Shown here: piece after piece, positions 58,501-64,000 of the stretch
Layout: every line of letters begins with the position of its first letter
Position numbering within the stretch: the first letter of the stretch is position 1
NCBI GenBank assembly: GCA_904063045.1
Contig: CAJFCJ010000016.1
Coordinates: forward strand, 186,001 to 250,000
DNA: 64,000 nucleotides
Direction: 5' to 3'
From: Dimorphilus gyrociliatus
Lineage: Eukaryota > Animalia > Annelida
Program-made: the position numbers and the translations under genes
Notes under the pieces: model-generated
What the model was told of the DNA's origin: nothing
What the model saw: the letters and a program-made list of their open reading frames with translations, nothing else
The model's database searches: none

Positions 58501-58758
58501 TAGGAAAGAATTATCAAATTAAACGGCAGTTTAAACTTACCAGGGTAAAAAAATTAAAGGAAAATTATAATCGAAGATTCAGTGAAATGCTGAATAGAAA
58601 GAGTGAAATCAATAATTGGGTTTACTTAATAATTAAAATTAGATATAAACATAATGATAGACCTAGTGAACAATCAGTATACACTACACAACAATATTAC
58701 ATCTTTAGTTTTATACCTCTATCACCTTAGTATCAGTGGAAACAGTTTCAGAATCCAT
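49394..58758 (-). CDS. OSBPL8: Oxysterol-binding protein-related protein 5/8 (PH domain, ORD, C-terminal tail anchor)
   Basis: PH exon 53705-52990 (DWLKVRGTLKSWTKL), ORD with EQISHHPP and KKPYNPILGE, tail TM LFIIAALLISQ|VIIAWLMK* ending at 49394. The core (49394-53705) is firm; the 5' exons up to 58758 are inferred from splice phase. Confidence 0.85.
52563..52614 (+). repeat. (GA)n microsatellite followed by a G-tract cluster
   Basis: About 12 GA units, then GGGAGGGCGGGGGGTGGGGGTGGGG. Confidence 0.85.
56498..56552 (-). repeat. 15-bp tandem repeat, about 3.7 copies, encoding (EDLMK)n
   Basis: Plus strand reads AATCTTCTTTCATTA x3 followed by AATCTTCTTT. Confidence 0.92.
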
Positions 58759-59219
58759 TACTGTAAATGGACAAAACAATACGATAAAATTTATGAAAAT
58801 CAATAATAACAAAAATGTTCAATGTGATTGAATATTTTCAAGGCGACTCAACGTTATCGATTTCCAACAGCGGACAAAAATACGAAAATTAAATATAATG
58901 AAACTCTTTACTTGTAAAAACTCTATGTGCGCCAAGACTTTCGAGCAGAATAGTATTCTCCGCAGGTTTTACACCTGTAATATGAACTTGGCAACGCCGG
59001 CAATATTTACGCCGGAAGTGGAAAATTTCTTGTGATTATTACCTTCGTATCTTAGAGTTGTCATTAATTCAAAAATAGCCTCGCTTATTTGTTCTATATA
59101 AGTCTTTTGTCAATAAACTCTCCTTTAACAAGAATTTCATATGATCGTTGTCAATTTTCGTTTGGATCATTATATTGGAATCACATGTACGATATTTTGT
59201 AAACTTTTTAAAAGAAATA

Positions 59220-59441
59220 ATGGATAGCATTAGCACAGAGTGTCAAGAATTAAAAGACAAATACGACAATTGTTTTAATAAATGGTTTAAAGAGAAATTT
59301 TTGAAAGGGAGCACACACGATGCCTGCTCTGAACTGTTCAAGAAATATCAAACGTGCATTCTGAAGGGCATAAAGGAAAAAGGAATAGATGAAAATGAAT
59401 TAAAAAGGCATACATTAAATGGAAATGATCCTAAGACGTAA
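59220..59441 (+). CDS. TRIAP1: TP53-regulated inhibitor of apoptosis 1 / Mdm35
   Basis: [30 protein letters not shown]...[11 protein letters not shown], twin CX9C, single exon. Confidence 0.95.
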   Translation: MDSISTECQELKDKYDNCFNKWFKEKFLKGSTHDACSELFKKYQTCILKGIKEKGIDENELKRHTLNGNDPKT

Positions 59442-59576
59442 CTTTAAAAAATTCCATAGCGAGTAATTCCATATAATGTTTTTAATAAAAATCTAAGCAA
59501 TATTAATTTTTCCTATAGTTGTATTGAAGTTTTTAAGATTTTATGTATCTAAGAAATGAATTCACACTATACAGTA

Positions 59577-62500
59577 CTATTGAGCTTTTAATGCTGTTTG
59601 ATTTTGTTGATTGGAAAGTAGCGGGATTCTGGGCATTTCTCCTTCGCTTAATCCAAATAACATTCTTAAATCACGCATAGTTAATTTTTGAGATACAGTT
59701 TTCGTTCTGGAGGGTAAAAAAAAAGACAACAGTTAATTTTTATCATTTCATGTGCGCAAATAAATATTTAATTATCAAACTAAATTACTTACCCCGATAG
59801 AACATTTTCTGCTAATTTCTTCTTTTGTTCTTGTAATCTGGATATCCTTTCTTCAACAGTATTCTCACAAAAGAACCTATGTATGAATACATTTCTTTTC
59901 TGTCCTACTCTATAAATTCTATCGGCTGCTTGAGCTTCTAAAGCTGGATTCCAATGAATATCCATCAAAAAGAGATGATTAGCGCCTATTAAATTAAGAC
60001 CAACACCCCCAGCTTGCAAGGACAGCAACAGAACTTCAGCTCCTCTCTCAGCATTAAATAAATCAACAATGACAGATCTCTCTTTAGGTGGAACACTACC
60101 GTTTATTGTTGCATATTTTATTTGATCCTTCTTCAGGTGTTGTTCCACTATTAATAGCATTGAAGTCCACTGAGAAACAACAACACATCTTTCATTTTTT
60201 CTACGTATATCTTCAATATGATTCATAAGAGCATCAATTTTAGAACTACGTTCCGACATCGTAGGAATTCCGTTAGATGAGACGAAATTGTCATCAGTTT
60301 TCTTTTGATCTTTAACAGATAAATGTTGCATTTGTGCAACAATATCTAATTCAACATCCTCCGATGGATTTTCTTCTAGCTTGTTCGATAATAGATTACC
60401 GTGACAACAACTTTGTCGCAATCGTAAAAGTAATGTTAAAATTTGTGTTCCAGCTTGTCGTGAAGAGAATTGCGTTGTGTTAATGACTTCTTTCTTCGTA
60501 TCAGGTAGCTCCGAAGGTAGCTTCATATCAGCTGCCAAATTTTCTTTTTCGGCAGATTTCTCTAATTTCGTTTTGCTCTTCATGTTGGCATCCAACTCCC
60601 TTTGTTCTCTTATACCCAAATAGTCCATAAGCGAGGATCTTTATTTCAAGAAATAATAAAAAAGATGGAAAAATATATAAATTATCAATAAAATGGCTGA
60701 ATGTTATATTGCTTACTTAGATTTTTGAAAAATATGATCATAAATTTTTCTTTCCCTTTCTGATAATGTTAATTTATGAATTTTAATTGTTTTCTCTGGA
60801 AGATTGACCTGAAGTAATCAGTAATAATGCGATAAGAATATTATTTTCAATTTTAAGAGAACAAACCAAAGGTTGGCCGTTGTTATCCGTTTGTTGCTTT
60901 GTTCTCCTAAGTAAGATTGCTTTTACTATGACGTTTAATCTTTTTGTTCCGTAATCTGAAACAATGTAAATGTACTGTATTTATCAATAACAAAGCATTA
61001 ATTTTACTTTGAACTTGTCTTTTCCATAATTCATATTCGTCGAAAGGCGAGAAACGTAAAAATCTAAGTGAAAAAAGGAAATTTCATTAGCTGTTTTGTA
61101 ATTTCTTATTACTGACACCTACTTTAGCAAGGAGTACATATCGACCAAATTGTTCTGTATTGGTGTTCCCGTTAAAATCCACCTATACTTTGCAGTCAAA
61201 TTACAAACTCCTTTTGCACTTTCAGTTTTATAATTTCTAATAACATGTCCTTCATCTAGAACGATTCTTCTCCACTCAATATCCGATAAATTTCCTTGAG
61301 ATTTCGTATCGGATGAACAACGTCCCACCAATGAATAAGTTGTTAAAACAATATCTGCTTGTGAAAGAATATCAATTTGTCTTTCTCTCGATGCCCCATG
61401 GTATATTATTACGGATGGACGATTTTTTGGTACCACGTGATTATTAATTTCCGTATTCCATTGATGAACCACCGACGCGGGACAGACAACCAGTGTTGGA
61501 GAATATGCTAATACAGAAAAATATTGTTAATTGTTTGAATTTTATGTATTAATTTTATCAACAAACTTTTTGTTTCTTTTTTCTGCCTTTTTTGTAGATC
61601 TTTTAACACCAATGCAATAACTGTTAAAGTCTTGCCGAGACCCATATCATCAGCTATTTTAATTGAATATATTATTTATAAGTCAGCATTTAGAAAAACC
61701 TTAAATAAACTAACCTAGAATTCCACCGGAAGGCATTTGTTTTTCTCTCCATCTCATCCAAGCAATAGCTTGCTTTTGATGAGACATTAAAGAATGTTTT
61801 AAACCTTCGGGCTCCGAACAAAAATCTTCGGCCTTTGGACACAATTCCAATTGGTTATGTAAACTCATTAAGGCATCATTTGTGACTTTTCTGATAGTTG
61901 TTAATTTTTCAGCATTCATTCGACCATTGTAATATTGACCATGACTTTGAACTATTCAAAAAATACTTTCTCAATTGAATCTTATATATATATATATAAT
62001 AAAACAACCAATTACATACTTGTCTTCATAAAAGTATCAGCCTTTGGTGCTTCGTTTGAATTTAATAATATTATTCCCGCACCATTGTTCTTCCTCTCAC
62101 TAAGATCACTCTCAATTACTTTTACTTCTGACATTTTATCTTGGACTGATCCTGGATTGGAACCTTTCTCTTTATAATAATTGAATTTTACCTGTAATAA
62201 TTTATAATAAAGTATGTCAAAAGAAATGTATATTCTGTTACTCTATCTCCTGGGAATAATCCACACCAGATTTCATTCGCTCGCCCCAAAGAACATTGAA
62301 ACCTTAATCTGATGAATTTTAACAAACAAAATATTTAAAAAGTAGCCATAACAAGTAGTATTTAAAGCTTACATTTGTTTATCATCCACTGTTACATACT
62401 TCTTTAATAGAACTCGTCTGCCAGGATGTTTGGGGCAATCATGGAAAGGTTCGCTAATAAAGTAATATTTATAATATAATCTCTTTAGACTTTATTGATA

Positions 62501-62712
62501 TATTTATATAATCAACAGTACTTTGAAGGCATCGAAAAATCACATTTCTTGTCACTGCAGACATAGTGCAATGAAGGTTTTGACTTCTCTTTATTTGAAG
62601 TAACAATTTGAAGGCACAATAAAGAAGCTGTAAAAATTAATAATTATGATAATTGAATTAGCCGCTATTATCACAGTGACTTACTATGCTTGGCGCAATA
62701 CTTTTTTTCCAT
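59577..62712 (-). CDS. TTF2: Transcription termination factor 2 (SNF2 helicase, lodestar-like)
   Basis: N-terminal Cys/His zinc region (MEKKYCAKH|...[10 protein letters not shown]...WCG), [58 protein letters not shown]-terminal [12 protein letters not shown]. Confidence 0.92.
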
Positions 62713-63101
62713 TTGGATGATTTACTTAAAAGATAAATCTAAAAGACCAGTAATAAAATTCTATCTATAAAGTTTTAAAAGTCTTCAGCCGTCAATAACA
62801 GTTTCCGGGTGACTGTTTCCGCCGTTACCGATCATCTTTGAACAAACCGGTGAAAGTGTGGTTAACGTCCGAATTGAAACCGGTATCCCAAAACGATATC
62901 GCGATGAATATATATTGACAGAAAAAAAGCAATTAAGTAAGTTATTCTGAAGGTTAGAATCTTTCATTTTAAAATAAATTTTAACAAAATAGACTAATTG
63001 TGATTTTAAATGGAAATTAAATGATTTTGTTAAGTTATATATAAAGTTGTTTGATTATCCTTATTCTATGTGATATATTTATTTCGATAGAAGAAAAAAA
63101 A

Positions 63102-64000
63102 ATGTGGCACGAAGCTCGCCGGCAAGAGAGGCGCTTGAAGGGCATGATGGTTGATTATAGTCAAAGAGCCGAAAGACGGAAAGCTTATTACGATAAAATT
63201 GTATTTAAAATTGACATATAGCTCTTAGTATCAAAACTAAACGTCTTTAATTTCTAGAAATTGGAACCTAAACAATTTCTTCGGATTTTCGGAACAAACA
63301 TGAAAATTCATATAGATCAAACTGTTTATGAAAATGCAGAAAGCACTTTGTATGCAACTTACAACAATTATAGAATTATTCTATCTCTTTCATTCCTAGA
63401 GACATTTTAATATTAATCACTTTCATTACCTTTAAAGAGTTCCATGGCAAAACGATCCAAACCTCATAATAGATCGTTTTGATGTTCGCGCTCATTTAGA
63501 TTTCATTCCTGATGATCAAAATTCTGCAGATGATGGGTTTGTTTACCACCCTTTGTACTTCTCAAAGTCTCATAATTAAACAAATTTGTTAATTATTGTT
63601 AGAATTCTACCTTCCAAAGAAGCTGATGAAGAGAATAAATGTAATTATGAGAGATATAGAATTTTAGTTCAAAACGAGTTTGCTGGCGTAAACGAAGAAC
63701 AATGTCTTAAACAAATTCATATAGACGAGCAATATGGAAATACAAAAATTAAGGAAGAGAAGAAAAAGTAATTCAATATGATTTAACTAAAATTTTTTGT
63801 CAACACTGCTTCCATACCTTTAGACCAGTAGAAAAAAAAGCAGCAATTGCCTTTACCTATGAAGATTCCGAAACTGTTCCTGCACCAGTGAAAGGCGAAA
63901 AAGAAGAAGAATTTGAAGATGATGATATGGATTTAGGTATATCATACTTATATTCTACGCTTTTACAAAAATTTCATGTATCTTAATCTCACAGATATGG
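63102..64000 (+). CDS. CLASRP: CLK4-associating serine/arginine-rich protein, 5' part (truncated by the window end)
   Basis: MWHEARRQERRLKGMMVDYSQRAERRKAYYDKI, IDRFDVRAHLD, KCNYERYRILVQNEFAG...EEQCL, AAIAFTYEDS. Confidence 0.93.

Noticed and set aside
62785-62967. Minus-strand ORF between TTF2 and CLASRP
   Set aside because: It lies in the roughly 390-bp divergent promoter gap. The openness probably reflects higher promoter GC, and it has no recognisable motifs.

Overview
This is AT-rich eukaryotic (metazoan invertebrate) genomic DNA with dense genes, mostly 55-75 nt GT-AG introns and short intergenic gaps, typical of a compacted genome such as a miniature annelid. The species cannot be established from this window. 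I built about 22 spliced gene models by hand: Shisa-like protein, GLUT/SLC2A transporter, FBXO33-like, PTRH2, multi-C2H2 zinc-finger protein, an uncharacterised TBC-like plus C2-like protein, SPRING1, ANKFY1, a serine protease, FOXRED2, RNASEK, NR2C2AP, ACAD8, an AADAC/NCEH1-like esterase, two tandem heparanase-family (GH79) genes, CDK8, ORP5/8, TRIAP1, TTF2, and the 5' part of CLASRP. I saw no tRNA, rRNA, CRISPR array or transposon. Most notable: (1) a prokaryote-style ATGA stop/start overlap between SPRING1 and the TBC-C2 gene; (2) two heparanase paralogues lacking the proenzyme linker; (3) a probable pseudo-GAP TBC plus triple-C2 architecture; (4) several alternative N-termini and a candidate poison exon in ORP5/8; (5) repeated CLEAR-like E-boxes next to endolysosomal and lipid genes. 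Exon boundaries are manual and unverified by transcripts, and family calls come from remembered motifs, not database searches.
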